IMG/VR virus record: IMGVR_UViG_3300024503_000015
Coordinates: 186,001-250,000 of that record
Direction: 5' to 3' (one strand)
DNA length: 64,000 nt
Positions within the stretch are counted from its first letter, which is position 1. Each line of letters begins with the position of its first letter. Below, one piece after another: positions 1 to 9,948 of the stretch. The notes under the pieces were generated by a model, which did not search any database, had not been told where the DNA came from, and was given only the letters and a program-made list of their open reading frames with translations. The position numbers and the translations under genes were made by a program.

Positions 1-358
1 CACAGTAGCGGAAACCATCTCCGGACTCTTCTGGTCCGTTACCCATGCGGTTGCCATAAATTCTGTTAGCGATTTTCTCTGGTTTCTTTTCATATGCTTG
101 TGCTAATTCATCTGTTGGAAAATACTTAGGAAATACTTTGCGTAAACTTGCGGCTTTGTAATTTAAATTTTCTTTTAAGAATTTGAACCCACCACTTTCA
201 TGAGCGCATTGTGCTAGGAAAGCCGCTACACGTTCTGGAGTATTAATATCATACTCTGGAAGTATTTCGCATAACGCATGATACCAGTGATCCACATAAG
301 GATTGCCATGAATAATATCTGCTAAATGCTCTTTCTTAAAATCAAACGTAAAACTCAT
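1..358 (-). CDS. Glycoside hydrolase family 19 endolysin (N-terminal part; runs off the window)
   Basis: Hand translation from ATG at 358: MSFTFDFKKEHLADIIHGNPYVDHWYHALCEILPEYDINTPERVAAFLAQCAHESGGFKFLKENLNY...IANRIYGNRMGNGPEESGDGFRY. The AAFLAQCAHES and ENLNY/YGNRMGN motifs are typical of phage GH19 lysins. Not in the ORF track. Confidence 0.9.
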   Translation of the reverse strand, partial: MSFTFDFKKEHLADIIHGNPYVDHWYHALCEILPEYDINTPERVAAFLAQCAHESGGFKFLKENLNYKAASLRKVFPKYFPTDELAQAYEKKPEKIANRIYGNRMGNGPEESGDGFRYC

Positions 359-1101
359 TATAGTTTCTCCAAAATAACTGCACGGCCTTTGTTTTCAAAC
401 ATGAACTTGTTGCCCAGTTTGGTAATGTTGTAGTTGCCAATGTACTTGGTTAAAAACATAACTTCGGCCATGTCGTTGTATGAGACAGCAATCCTGTCTT
501 CGACACTTTCTAATACTTCTCTTGTACCGCCGGAAACTAGATATTTGAACTTTAATGGCTCAGCGTACACCTTTTTAAATTCAATAATGTCGCCGTGCAT
601 ACGAACACTTTCTAACATACTATTGTTGAAGAACTGTTCGTAACTATTTAGTTCCTGTTCCTGCATACGTTGTTTGTACAACATAGGATTAGTAGGAATA
701 ATTTCATCTAGTTTTTCTTGATTAGCCTCTAGGCTATCAAAACTCTTATGATATCTAAAAGCAAACTTGTCAATGCCTGCTAGTTTAGAAATACCATATA
801 ACATATCGCTGATTTGTTCTGTAACTTTACTTGTTCTTTGTAATTCTACAAACACACGATATTTTCCATCTTCTAATTCACCGGGACTCATGTCAGCATC
901 TAGAACAAAGTCGTAACCTTTTTCTACAAAACTAACTAAGTCTTCTGCCGGACTGCGACTTTCCACAGTAAAACTTAAAACAACGACATCTTCGTCGTCG
1001 CCCATTTTAGATTTATAATTGTCTACTTCGAATACACGATTTACTAGATTAACTAGATCGTTGGCTAGTAAACTTGTTTCATTAAGCGGCTGGTGGGGCA
1101 C
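358..1101 (-). CDS. Conserved hypothetical jumbo-phage protein
   Basis: ORF track 358..1200. The likely start is GTG at 1101, behind an AGGAGG SD; the 5' extension overlaps the upstream gene. Confidence 0.65.
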   Translation of the reverse strand: MPHQPLNETSLLANDLVNLVNRVFEVDNYKSKMGDDEDVVVLSFTVESRSPAEDLVSFVEKGYDFVLDADMSPGELEDGKYRVFVELQRTSKVTEQISDMLYGISKLAGIDKFAFRYHKSFDSLEANQEKLDEIIPTNPMLYKQRMQEQELNSYEQFFNNSMLESVRMHGDIIEFKKVYAEPLKFKYLVSGGTREVLESVEDRIAVSYNDMAEVMFLTKYIGNYNITKLGNKFMFENKGRAVILEKL

Positions 1102-1648
1102 TTGCTTCTCCTCCTGGTGCTGGAGCGGCTGCGGCCGCTGGTGGTGCGCCTGCTGTGGCTTCACCTGCTGGTGGAGGTGTAAGCTCTGGCGCCTTTTCAT
1201 TATTTGCTGGCTCTAGTTCGTCCATTAATTGGTTATGATATCCACGGAAAATTTCTAACATTAACTTCTTAGGCATCTGTACTTCTACAATCCAAATTGG
1301 ATGCTCGTCTAGTTTACCAAGTTTTGTACCTGGACGAATGTCGTCAGGTTCTTTAATTTCTCTAGGCTTGACTAATGTATCTTTTTTGTAAATTACTCGA
1401 CAGCCGTATTCCATCAAACGCTTTGCGGCCTGCGGGTTAGGCATTTGTTTGTGAGGCCACATAAAACTAGCACTGACCCAATGACGGTCAACGACAGGTC
1501 CTTTGATAAGTTCTCCATCGCGCCAGTTTTCAAATACATACATATCCAACTCGTCAAATACACGCTCGAAATCCTTAAGGATTGCAAGGCTACTATTGTT
1601 GTTATATATGGTGTTGATGTTTTCTATAATATCTAAAATATCGTGCAT
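1082..1648 (-). CDS. Hypothetical jumbo-phage protein with Ala/Pro-rich tail
   Basis: 188-aa ORF with phage-like codon use; ATAAATA late-promoter-like motif upstream (~1672-1678). Confidence 0.7.
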   Translation of the reverse strand: MHDILDIIENINTIYNNNSSLAILKDFERVFDELDMYVFENWRDGELIKGPVVDRHWVSASFMWPHKQMPNPQAAKRLMEYGCRVIYKKDTLVKPREIKEPDDIRPGTKLGKLDEHPIWIVEVQMPKKLMLEIFRGYHNQLMDELEPANNEKAPELTPPPAGEATAGAPPAAAAAPAPGGEASAPPAA

Positions 1649-1806
1649 TTTTCAGTCATCCCTCGATGAAGTATTTATCTAGACGATTTTGATATAGTAT
1701 CAGTTCTATTTTTCTTCTAGATGTTAAATATTTTTGTAGGACCTCTCAGTTGTCCTACAAGAAGTGTGACAATATGACGTCCTACGCCTCAAAAGGAGAG
1801 CAGTTA

Positions 1807-2562
1807 ATGACGACAAAAAGAGCCAAAAAACGTTTTGCCAACGAGGGCTATAATAATCCTCGAGCAAATGTTATTGAGTTTCAACCATTTCAACACACAC
1901 TTCCTCAAAGTCTTCCACAGAAGAAAAAGAGCGTACACGTAATTCCGCGCAACCGTAATCAGGAAGAATATCTATTTAAACTATTAGACCCATCAAAAAA
2001 CATAGTTTTTGCTCTGGGCCCCGCTGGCACGGGCAAGACGCTGATAGCGTGTCAAGTCGGTATTAAACTCTTTAAAGAAGGGTTGGTAGATAAAATCGTG
2101 GTAACACGCCCTGCTGTTTCTGTAGACGAAGATCATGGATTCCTTCCTGGTACCCTAGAGCAAAAAATGGCTCCCTGGACTAGACCCATCTTTGATGTGC
2201 TAGCCGAGTACTATTACGCTCGCGATATCGAGAATATGATCCGAGAAGGTGTTATTGAAATTAGCCCGTTAGCATATATGAGAGGTCGAACCTTCAAGAA
2301 GGCATACATTATTGCAGATGAAATGCAAAATGCTACGCCAAATCAAATGAAGATGTTGCTAACGAGATTGGGAGAAGGCTCTAAGATGGTCGTAACCGGT
2401 GATTTAAGACAAGCCGATAGATTAGAAGATAACGGTTTAATTGATTTCACGGAGCGATTGGCAAATAAACAACTAGATTTGTTAAGCGTCGTGCAATTTG
2501 GTATGAAAGATATCGAAAGACACGAAGCAGTAAAGGAGGTGTTGTCTATTTACGGTGATTAA
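1807..2562 (+). CDS. phoH: PhoH-like ATPase
   Basis: Motifs GPAGTGKT, RPAV, GFLPG, PLAYMRGRTF, ADEMQN and VTGDLRQ; AAGGAGAG SD before ATG 1807. Confidence 0.95.
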   Translation: MTTKRAKKRFANEGYNNPRANVIEFQPFQHTLPQSLPQKKKSVHVIPRNRNQEEYLFKLLDPSKNIVFALGPAGTGKTLIACQVGIKLFKEGLVDKIVVTRPAVSVDEDHGFLPGTLEQKMAPWTRPIFDVLAEYYYARDIENMIREGVIEISPLAYMRGRTFKKAYIIADEMQNATPNQMKMLLTRLGEGSKMVVTGDLRQADRLEDNGLIDFTERLANKQLDLLSVVQFGMKDIERHEAVKEVLSIYGD

Positions 2563-2574
2563 ACCTAGGAGGGG

Positions 2575-3024
2575 TTAATCCCCCTCCACTTGTTTTACTT
2601 CGATGCCCGATGCTTTGAGAAACTTGACCCCCGAGTCATCTCTATAGTTTTCACCATAGTAAACACGATTAATGCCAGACTGATAGATAAGTTTGGCGCA
2701 ATCGAGGCAAGGAGCATGAGTAATAAAAATATTAGCACCAAGCCCAGACTCATTACTACGGGCCAATTTAGCAATGGCGTTTGTTTCGGCATGTAGTACC
2801 TCCGGTTTAGTTTTTAAAACTGTTTCAGGTTCATCGTCGCCGTTATCTTCCCAAATCTCATATTCGCAGTTATTATCCCAACCTGCTGGCATACCATTGT
2901 AGCCAATACTAATAATTCTATCGTCTTTAACTACAATGGCACCTACGTGTAATCGACGAGCATGACTGAGTTCTGCGAATGTTTCCGCAGTTTTCATGTA
3001 TGCTTTTACTAACTTAGGCTTCAT
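2575..3024 (-). CDS. dCMP deaminase / ComEB family
   Basis: VGAIVVKD, GYNG, HAETNAI and PCLDC zinc-binding deaminase motifs. Confidence 0.92.
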   Translation of the reverse strand: MKPKLVKAYMKTAETFAELSHARRLHVGAIVVKDDRIISIGYNGMPAGWDNNCEYEIWEDNGDDEPETVLKTKPEVLHAETNAIAKLARSNESGLGANIFITHAPCLDCAKLIYQSGINRVYYGENYRDDSGVKFLKASGIEVKQVEGD

Positions 3025-3940
3025 TGAGTCTTGCTAATCTAATCAGCGTGGCCGCTAGATTAATTTCAGGATCTGCCATAGATACGTGATCCACTAATCC
3101 TTGTTTAATTACCAGCACAGCATTGTCTTGTGTATGCTCGTCCTTGCCAAACAGAGTAATGTTGTTGTACATCCAAGTGTAGATTTCTTCCATTTCTTCT
3201 GGACGGGCTTGACTACATAACAGTTTACGTGCTTCTTGAATACGGCCTTTCTTAAACAGTTCAACCATTTCAACTCTGTAATCTGCACTACCTTCTACAG
3301 CATCTGGCAGTATTAATTTACCAGCCAAACTGTTCATTTGAACGTTGTTAATACACTTACGCAAATCTGGATATGTACCTTTGACATAAGTGTCCAGTGT
3401 ATCCAAGTCAAATTCGATATTTTCTTCTACAAGAATAGTTGCTACACGAGCAGTAAACTCTGTAATGTCTGTGCGTTCAATTTTAATTTCTTGGCAACGA
3501 CTTTTAACTGGAGTAATAATTCTGTGTGGATAGTTACAAGTAAAAATAAAGCGAACGCTGTTACTGTAATCTTCCATTAAGTTACGTAGTGCTGGTTGAA
3601 CAGAATCTTTGTTCATATAATCTGCTTCGTCGATCAGCACAACTTTATAGTCGCCAAACGGCATAGTTTGACAAAAACCGATTAGTTTATCAATCCATTC
3701 AATTTTACGACCTTCCTTACTGCCGTTAGCAATAAGAATGTCTGTGTCTTCGACACCGATTTCATTTAACAATACTTTAGCCAGTGTAGTTTTGCCTGTA
3801 CCAGCATTGCCGCTAAACAGCAAGTGCGGAATAGCCTTCTGACTAATCCATTTTTCAATTTGCTGTTTTAGTGTTTCATCCTTAAACACATAACCATCTA
3901 CAGTTTTAGGACGATACTTTTCTACCCATAATTCTTTCAT
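3014..3940 (-). CDS. Clamp loader AAA+ subunit (RFC / T4 gp44-like)
   Basis: LWVEKYRP, GNAGTGKTT, IDEAD and SRC motifs. Confidence 0.93.
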   Translation of the reverse strand: MKELWVEKYRPKTVDGYVFKDETLKQQIEKWISQKAIPHLLFSGNAGTGKTTLAKVLLNEIGVEDTDILIANGSKEGRKIEWIDKLIGFCQTMPFGDYKVVLIDEADYMNKDSVQPALRNLMEDYSNSVRFIFTCNYPHRIITPVKSRCQEIKIERTDITEFTARVATILVEENIEFDLDTLDTYVKGTYPDLRKCINNVQMNSLAGKLILPDAVEGSADYRVEMVELFKKGRIQEARKLLCSQARPEEMEEIYTWMYNNITLFGKDEHTQDNAVLVIKQGLVDHVSMADPEINLAATLIRLARLNEA

Positions 3941-4158
3941 TGTAACGATGCCTTTTGAAAAGTTTTAACTTGATCTCTGCTTTCACTAATATTATCCACC
4001 ATAGTGTCATATTCTTCTGGACTTAGCGCAGATTTATAAATGGTCAGTGCCTGTGCAATCATAATAGCCGCTACAGGCAATGGCCCGTATTCTCCAGCCA
4101 TGGTATCTGTGAATGACAGATACGTTCCGTATAATTCTTCTAATCGTTCGTCTGTCAA
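3937..4158 (-). CDS. Hypothetical protein
   Basis: 73-aa ORF coupled to neighbours by ATGA overlaps. Confidence 0.65.
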   Translation of the reverse strand: MTDERLEELYGTYLSFTDTMAGEYGPLPVAAIMIAQALTIYKSALSPEEYDTMVDNISESRDQVKTFQKASLQ

Positions 4159-4403
4159 AATAATTCCTCCGCAATTCCTAATACTTCAGCAATAATAATA
4201 AACACTCCTGCTCCAATTAAATCGCCTTGGATTAATCTATAACCTGCGGCAAATCTCATTCCGCTTTTAACGATGCTGATTCTAAAATGCCACTTACTTG
4301 TATCTTTAGATTGAATATCTATCATTGGTTTGTGGTGCGGACACCTTCCTTGTTTGTAGTCGCAATCTGGACTATATTCTTTTTTACAAATATCACAGTT
4401 CAT
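4155..4403 (-). CDS. Hypothetical protein with N-terminal CxxC and C-terminal hydrophobic segment
   Basis: Likely start MNCDICKK at 4403, directly downstream of a sigma70 promoter. Confidence 0.6.
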   Translation of the reverse strand: MNCDICKKEYSPDCDYKQGRCPHHKPMIDIQSKDTSKWHFRISIVKSGMRFAAGYRLIQGDLIGAGVFIIIAEVLGIAEELF

Positions 4404-4409
4404 TTTTTT

Positions 4410-4438
4410 ATTATACAGAATAAAAAAGGGTCCGTCAA
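4410..4438 (-). promoter_or_regulatory. sigma70-type promoter
   Basis: Minus strand TTGACG-17 nt-TATAAT. It overlaps a hairpin (AAAGGGTC/GACCCTTT) followed by a U-run. Confidence 0.6.
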
Positions 4439-4450
4439 GACCCTTTGGTG

Positions 4451-4822
4451 TTATTTTTTGGTAACAAATGGTTCTAATACTGGAGGAGTCCAACCGAGCG
4501 GTTTAAGTACTTTTCCGTCTTCACGCTTGCGAACCTTGCCAGTTTCTTTGTCGATCTTGGCAAAGTTAGTTTTCATAACTTCTTTCCAAGCACCTTCGGC
4601 ATCTGCTCCCATACTATGTATAGCACCGATGGTAACAACCAAAATATCAATTAAGGCATCCAATTGTTCAACATCATCATTGGCGGCAACTGCAAGTTGA
4701 AGTTCTTTATATTCTTCTTCAATTAATTTTAAGTACATGTCATATTGTGAAAAGTCGTAATCATCTACGCTTTGGTCACAAGCAACCATGAATTTTTCTT
4801 GATCTCGAAATGGGTTTGTCAT
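4451..4822 (-). CDS. MazG-like / PRA-PH family nucleotide pyrophosphohydrolase
   Basis: LIEEEYKEL, DALIDILVV, N.AK and REDGKVLKP pattern typical of phage MazG-like proteins. Confidence 0.8.
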   Translation of the reverse strand: MTNPFRDQEKFMVACDQSVDDYDFSQYDMYLKLIEEEYKELQLAVAANDDVEQLDALIDILVVTIGAIHSMGADAEGAWKEVMKTNFAKIDKETGKVRKREDGKVLKPLGWTPPVLEPFVTKK

Positions 4823-5163
4823 AGGTGTCCAATAATCATGTCTTTAGGTTCTTCGTCGTCCCACATCATAACTGCTTCGTTATCAATCATACGAATAGTA
4901 ATTTCTTCACCGCTTTCATTTTCGTACTTGATACCTCTAGTCCATCGTCCGTGTTCAACTAATATCCAATCACCGACTCCGTATTCTTCATCGTGTTCTG
5001 GACCAACAGCAAATACCTTAGCCCATCTTGGATGGATGCCGCGATCCTTGCCGTCATCGCTTTGAATGATGATACCGCTTTGCGTTTTAGTATCACCGAA
5101 ATCCATATCTGTTACAATGACTTTGTCATGTAACGGTCTAATGGTTCCTTTAACTACCGCCAT
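4819..5163 (-). CDS. groES: Co-chaperonin GroES
   Basis: IRPLHDKVIV, TQSGIII, VFAVGP and VGDWILV Cpn10 pattern. Confidence 0.88.
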   Translation of the reverse strand: MAVVKGTIRPLHDKVIVTDMDFGDTKTQSGIIIQSDDGKDRGIHPRWAKVFAVGPEHDEEYGVGDWILVEHGRWTRGIKYENESGEEITIRMIDNEAVMMWDDEEPKDMIIGHL

Positions 5164-5166
5164 TTA

Positions 5167-5391
5167 TTATTCCTTTTCTTGTGGTAATTCGGATTGTTCG
5201 TAAAAGTCTTTTAGAATATCTTCACGTTTGCGAAGAATTTGACCACCAGGTCCTAGTTCGTCTCCGCGGGCATTAACACGAGCATTACCTACTGCTGGAG
5301 TTAATTCGTTGCGTTGACGCAATAGATCCATATCTACAGTTCTACCGTTGGCTGTACGATAAACTTTCTTTGGTGCTGGTTTCATGGGCAT
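5167..5391 (-). CDS. Conserved hypothetical phage protein
   Basis: 74-aa ORF in an operon context. Confidence 0.65.
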   Translation of the reverse strand: MPMKPAPKKVYRTANGRTVDMDLLRQRNELTPAVGNARVNARGDELGPGGQILRKREDILKDFYEQSELPQEKE

Positions 5392-5417
5392 TTTAATGTC
5401 CTCCTTAATATATGTAC

Positions 5418-5924
5418 TTATCTCAGGAATTCGCGCCAGTCTAAATTATATTTCAAACTGTCAATTTTATGTACACCAATTAAGTATAGTACATAACTGG
5501 CTACGCTACTTCCTCTTCCTACACCCCAAACTATACCTTCCTTACGACAAGTATCTACAAAGTATTTTAGCCAGCGTAGTAGATCCAGCATATTTCTTTC
5601 TCTATACTCTTGTAATTCTTCTATTAGTCTTTGGTAGTTTTCTTTAGGACATTCGTTAACAAGGAACCCTTCAATGTCCATTTGTTTGTATTCCTCAGGC
5701 ATATTCCAATTACTCTGCATTAAGGAATCAAACTCTGTTTTAGAAAGTTGTGGTTCTTGATATTCTCGTATTTTTACAGATTCAGTATGTAGATTAAACT
5801 GCTTAACGTCTGTATCGTCAGGCTCTGCCAAAATATTAGGCAAGACATCCAATTTACCTTGGTAAATTAAATCAAAGATGTCTTTGGCTGAATATACTGG
5901 AATACCTAAATTATCAATCCTCAT
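5418..5924 (-). CDS. Stand-alone fragment of DNA polymerase III alpha (DnaE)
   Basis: The C-terminus WGVGRGSSVASYVLYLIGVHKIDSLKYNLDWREFLR matches the DnaE GRGS motif region; only 168 aa. Confidence 0.8.
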   Translation of the reverse strand: MRIDNLGIPVYSAKDIFDLIYQGKLDVLPNILAEPDDTDVKQFNLHTESVKIREYQEPQLSKTEFDSLMQSNWNMPEEYKQMDIEGFLVNECPKENYQRLIEELQEYRERNMLDLLRWLKYFVDTCRKEGIVWGVGRGSSVASYVLYLIGVHKIDSLKYNLDWREFLR

Positions 5925-5933
5925 GCAAGTATT

Positions 5934-6167
5934 TTAACTTACATTAATGAGGCTGTCAAGATCTGTGTCTCGTTTTTGGTATTGTTCTTCCCAGAGTTTT
6001 TGTCTGCGAATGTTTAGTTCTGCTTTATACATGTCCAACAACATAATAATCTGCTGTTGAACTCCAGAGTTACTAGCGGCCATGAAATATCTTCTACTAA
6101 GATCTTGGATCTTAGTTTCAAGTTCCACATCCTTTAGTTTGGAAAAATCTTCTGCTAGTGGGTGCAT
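5934..6167 (-). CDS. Hypothetical protein
   Basis: 77-aa helical ORF in an operon. Confidence 0.6.
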   Translation of the reverse strand: MHPLAEDFSKLKDVELETKIQDLSRRYFMAASNSGVQQQIIMLLDMYKAELNIRRQKLWEEQYQKRDTDLDSLINVS

Positions 6168-6748
6168 TATAGTGCTGTAAAGTTACCTAAGTATCTTCCA
6201 AATACGTTTACGCCACCATCGTAAGTCCAGAATTCAAAAATCTTTGGACTTGTCGAACTAGTAACGCTTTGTGTACCGGGCCATCCTGATTCTACATAGA
6301 AGTCACCAATGGATTCTGTGTTAAAGGAAAAGAATTGTTCTGTACCATTTCCATATAAATGAACTCTAATAACAGCCAATGTTCCGCTTGCTGGTAAGTC
6401 AGAGAATGTAAGTTCTAAAGGACTTCCTGCGTCAGGATCTGTTGCAGCCAATGTGTACACATGATATGCTCCGCTGGTAAAACTTACGTTTTGACTAGCA
6501 ACAATGTTGCCACCTGCATTAAATTCGAAACTGGCACCTTTTAGGTTTGCATTAGCAATGGTGTTTCCGCTAAGATCTGTTTCTGGACTAGAAATGTCTA
6601 GTCTAGATGCTTGTAAATCTTGAATGTCAGACTTGGCCTGAATTAGCGTATCTTTAATTGCTGAGAAGTTATCACGGAAGCCTTGGCTTTCGTTGTCTAC
6701 GCCCGCTACTGGGAACGCTTCATCTATTTGGGTCTCGCGGTATGTCAT
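6167..6748 (-). CDS. Putative virion structural protein
   Basis: 193 aa; FPVAGVDNESQGFRDNF N-terminus; ATAAATA motif upstream; next to baseplate genes. Confidence 0.6.
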   Translation of the reverse strand: MTYRETQIDEAFPVAGVDNESQGFRDNFSAIKDTLIQAKSDIQDLQASRLDISSPETDLSGNTIANANLKGASFEFNAGGNIVASQNVSFTSGAYHVYTLAATDPDAGSPLELTFSDLPASGTLAVIRVHLYGNGTEQFFSFNTESIGDFYVESGWPGTQSVTSSTSPKIFEFWTYDGGVNVFGRYLGNFTAL

Positions 6749-6777
6749 TTTACTGGGTATCCTTTATTTGATATTTA

Positions 6778-9700
6778 TCATATGTTATAACGTGCATCGG
6801 AGAATTTTAGGTATTTTTCCTGCACATCGTTGATGTCAGAATCTATGATAAATCTGTCAATTTCAAAATCTAACTGATTAAAATCAAAGTTTCTGTTAAT
6901 AATGTTGTCTAAAATATACTGTCCCTCGCCAGGTTTACAGTAGCATAGAGGTACTGCTTTAACAAATCCTGTAGCCGCAGTTCTAGCATCCTGTGGAGTA
7001 GTCATCCAAAGTGGCAGGAATTCATTTTCAGTTAATCCTACTTCTGAGATATTTGCTCTAACATTTTTAATACTGCTAGGGTAAACATATTCTGTATCAT
7101 TGCCACTGACCATAACATTTGCTGTATCGATAGTCACAGGTGTCGACATAGGACTAAATCTGTCAAATGCTTGTTCATTTAGTTTGCCATTAATGTATGT
7201 ACTTCCGTAGGTAACAGTTCCGTTACCGTCAACAGTTCCTAGGGAACCGTCCACTGGATTACGTCTTGCTTGATTAATTTTTGTTGGGCTGTTTACACCT
7301 CTGTCCAACTTAATTCTGCTGGCCGCAGATTTATTAGCAATTTCATAATCATCTAATATTTCAAGATAAATCACTTCATAGACAATGTCGTTAGTGCCCT
7401 GTACTTTAGCAATGGCCTTTTTAAGATTACCAATTCTGTAACGTTTACGTCGAATGTTCTTTGATATGGCAGCAATATATTCTGGCATTGCTTTACTCTC
7501 AATTCCAGCATAGATTAACATTTTTAATTCTGTCTGTAATCCGTAATTAGGATCGCCTAAGCGATAAATTTTTTCTGGAGTAAACACAGTTGTGTCATTG
7601 ATAAAGTTATAAAACAATTCTCTCTTTGATTGTTTAGGCAAAGGTTTGGTATAGATATTACTATACAGAGTTAGTGTACCTTCGCTGATTGTAATTATAA
7701 ATTCTTTACTTACTGAACTATATCTAAATTGATCCTGTGCATTAACAACAAATCTATAAGAACGATCTACGGTTAATAAGTCACCGTCGAATGTGGTATC
7801 GCCACCGTCGAATAATGTAAATCCTGAAATGCTGTTAGCACGGAACTGATTAATTTTTCCTTCAATAATACCAGATGATTTTAATGTAAGTCCTTCAGGC
7901 AATCTTCCGTCTACTAATGTGTATCTTAATTTAGCATTAGGCACGGTTGTAGTTGCTTCCACATAAAAGTTACTTGGGAAACTTGGTTTAATTGATCCTA
8001 GTATTCTATCTGTTGTAAATTGAATTACAGAATCTACTTCGCCTAAGATAGCAATAGTAAATGTCTTCGGAGCAATCTGTGTTGAAAACTCACTAACTGA
8101 TTGGTTATATGTTTTTCTAATAATTAATCCGTCTGTTACATTAGTTAATAATGCATCGGATAGTTTAAGTGTAGCCATTGTTCCGCCTAGCACAGTATTA
8201 CTAATATATTCAGTCATAGTATAGATACTAGGACCAATACGGATAACGTCTCCTATTAGTAAGCCAACATCTTCTTCTGGTAAAGGCAGTATCTTTAAGA
8301 AAGTTTGACCAATAGGTGCATCGTCTGCTACTACAATAGCGACTTCAACTTCTGTTAAATTTTCTTTGTCGTACTTAATGGCATTAACTGTAAATTTAAA
8401 CTCTTTAGTAATTGCTGGCTGATACGGTGCAAATCCAAATACTTCAGCAGTATCGGAATCAATATATAAGCCGTCAGGCAATACGCTTGGAGTCAAATCG
8501 TCATTGAGTGCGGCTAATTCATATCTTACAGGACCAACTTCTGGATTAGGATCGAAAACATCCAATAAAATAGTTACATAATTGTTGGCTCTTCTTAGGC
8601 CAAGGTTGGCGGCACTTAACCATATTGGTGCTCTTAAGTATGTAGAGTCTGCCGTGTAAGCACCGTTACCAACTTGTAAAAGTGTATTGTCGGTTCTTAA
8701 GAAGTCATCGCCTACTACATAAATTCTAAATCTTCTTCTAGCAACAGATTCACCATCGCTGACTGTAACAATAAATTCGTAATTTCGATTTAGTTTTCTA
8801 GGAGTAACAACATTTAAATAATCTTCTTCTCCTATGTTAGGACGCTTACCAAAGTCATAGGCATAGGCATCATACAAGTTTGTATCATAGAATCCTGTAC
8901 GTGCTGTTACGTCTAGGGCAAGGATAGGATCGATAATACCAGTAATTCTTCCTGTGCTACTCATAGACAGACCTGGGGGAAGTTCTCCATCGCCGTCACC
9001 GATAAAATATTCCAAAGTATCTGTTGATGACAAATCTGTATCTGTTGCTTCTAATTGAAAATCTACAGGTGTATTATCTAACACAAATGTTAACGGATCT
9101 TTAATTAATGTAACAGTACCAGAAACAGTTTGTGAACCTAGGTCGCCACCAAGTTTATTAAAGGTAATTGTAGTAGAAATTCTTGTTAGATATTCTTCGT
9201 ACTGTTCTCCGTCTAAAGGCAATGGTTGTAGCACTTCTACATTGGCAGCGTTGAATGCCGCAACGTTGGTAGCAATAGTTACAATATTTCCAAATACAAA
9301 GTTGTGAGCGGATGCAGTAGTTATAGTAACAAGGTTACTTTGACGTTTGGCGCTAACAACTGCCGACACCCTAGTTGTGACTGGACCGACTGGTAGTAAT
9401 CCGGTATCTTCTGTGAAAACTTGATAATATGTACTGTTTGGAGGAGTCACTCCTGAAACAGTAGTTGTAGTTCTGTATAGTGTACTTTCGTTAGACACAG
9501 TATGTCTAATAACAGTATCTGGGATATAAGTTGCTTCTGGATCAAAATCGTAGATTTGAATGTCTGGATTTGGACCAGGAGTGATCCATACAGGTGCGTC
9601 TGGACCTGCAATGGTCATTGTAAATGTTCTGTCGGAAATTTCTGTACCGTTAGATGCACGGATTACAAATGTAGATGTTGTGTTAGTAGAAACTTCTAAA

Positions 9701-9900
9701 GGAGAGCCCTTGATAACCCAAGTGCTTAAATTTGTATCGTAGGCGACTCGTAGCCCGCTGGGCAAATTGCCTGCGATAACTGAAAATGTTACTCCGGTTA
9801 AGTCTGCGCTTGGAATTATAGGCAGAGGTATAGTCTGGGTCTGTCGTTCGTTGTAAGTATTAAAACTGTATCCAGACGGTTGATTCCATATATTAAGCAT
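6778..9900 (-). CDS. Baseplate wedge-like protein with Ig-like repeats
   Basis: 1040 aa; repeated GxLPxGLxLxSxGxIxG Ig-like motifs; late-promoter motif upstream. Confidence 0.7.
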   Translation of the reverse strand: MLNIWNQPSGYSFNTYNERQTQTIPLPIIPSADLTGVTFSVIAGNLPSGLRVAYDTNLSTWVIKGSPLEVSTNTTSTFVIRASNGTEISDRTFTMTIAGPDAPVWITPGPNPDIQIYDFDPEATYIPDTVIRHTVSNESTLYRTTTTVSGVTPPNSTYYQVFTEDTGLLPVGPVTTRVSAVVSAKRQSNLVTITTASAHNFVFGNIVTIATNVAAFNAANVEVLQPLPLDGEQYEEYLTRISTTITFNKLGGDLGSQTVSGTVTLIKDPLTFVLDNTPVDFQLEATDTDLSSTDTLEYFIGDGDGELPPGLSMSSTGRITGIIDPILALDVTARTGFYDTNLYDAYAYDFGKRPNIGEEDYLNVVTPRKLNRNYEFIVTVSDGESVARRRFRIYVVGDDFLRTDNTLLQVGNGAYTADSTYLRAPIWLSAANLGLRRANNYVTILLDVFDPNPEVGPVRYELAALNDDLTPSVLPDGLYIDSDTAEVFGFAPYQPAITKEFKFTVNAIKYDKENLTEVEVAIVVADDAPIGQTFLKILPLPEEDVGLLIGDVIRIGPSIYTMTEYISNTVLGGTMATLKLSDALLTNVTDGLIIRKTYNQSVSEFSTQIAPKTFTIAILGEVDSVIQFTTDRILGSIKPSFPSNFYVEATTTVPNAKLRYTLVDGRLPEGLTLKSSGIIEGKINQFRANSISGFTLFDGGDTTFDGDLLTVDRSYRFVVNAQDQFRYSSVSKEFIITISEGTLTLYSNIYTKPLPKQSKRELFYNFINDTTVFTPEKIYRLGDPNYGLQTELKMLIYAGIESKAMPEYIAAISKNIRRKRYRIGNLKKAIAKVQGTNDIVYEVIYLEILDDYEIANKSAASRIKLDRGVNSPTKINQARRNPVDGSLGTVDGNGTVTYGSTYINGKLNEQAFDRFSPMSTPVTIDTANVMVSGNDTEYVYPSSIKNVRANISEVGLTENEFLPLWMTTPQDARTAATGFVKAVPLCYCKPGEGQYILDNIINRNFDFNQLDFEIDRFIIDSDINDVQEKYLKFSDARYNI

Positions 9901-9948
9901 TGTTTAATCCCCGATACTGTATTTATCGGTACCGGGAAATTAAATTTA

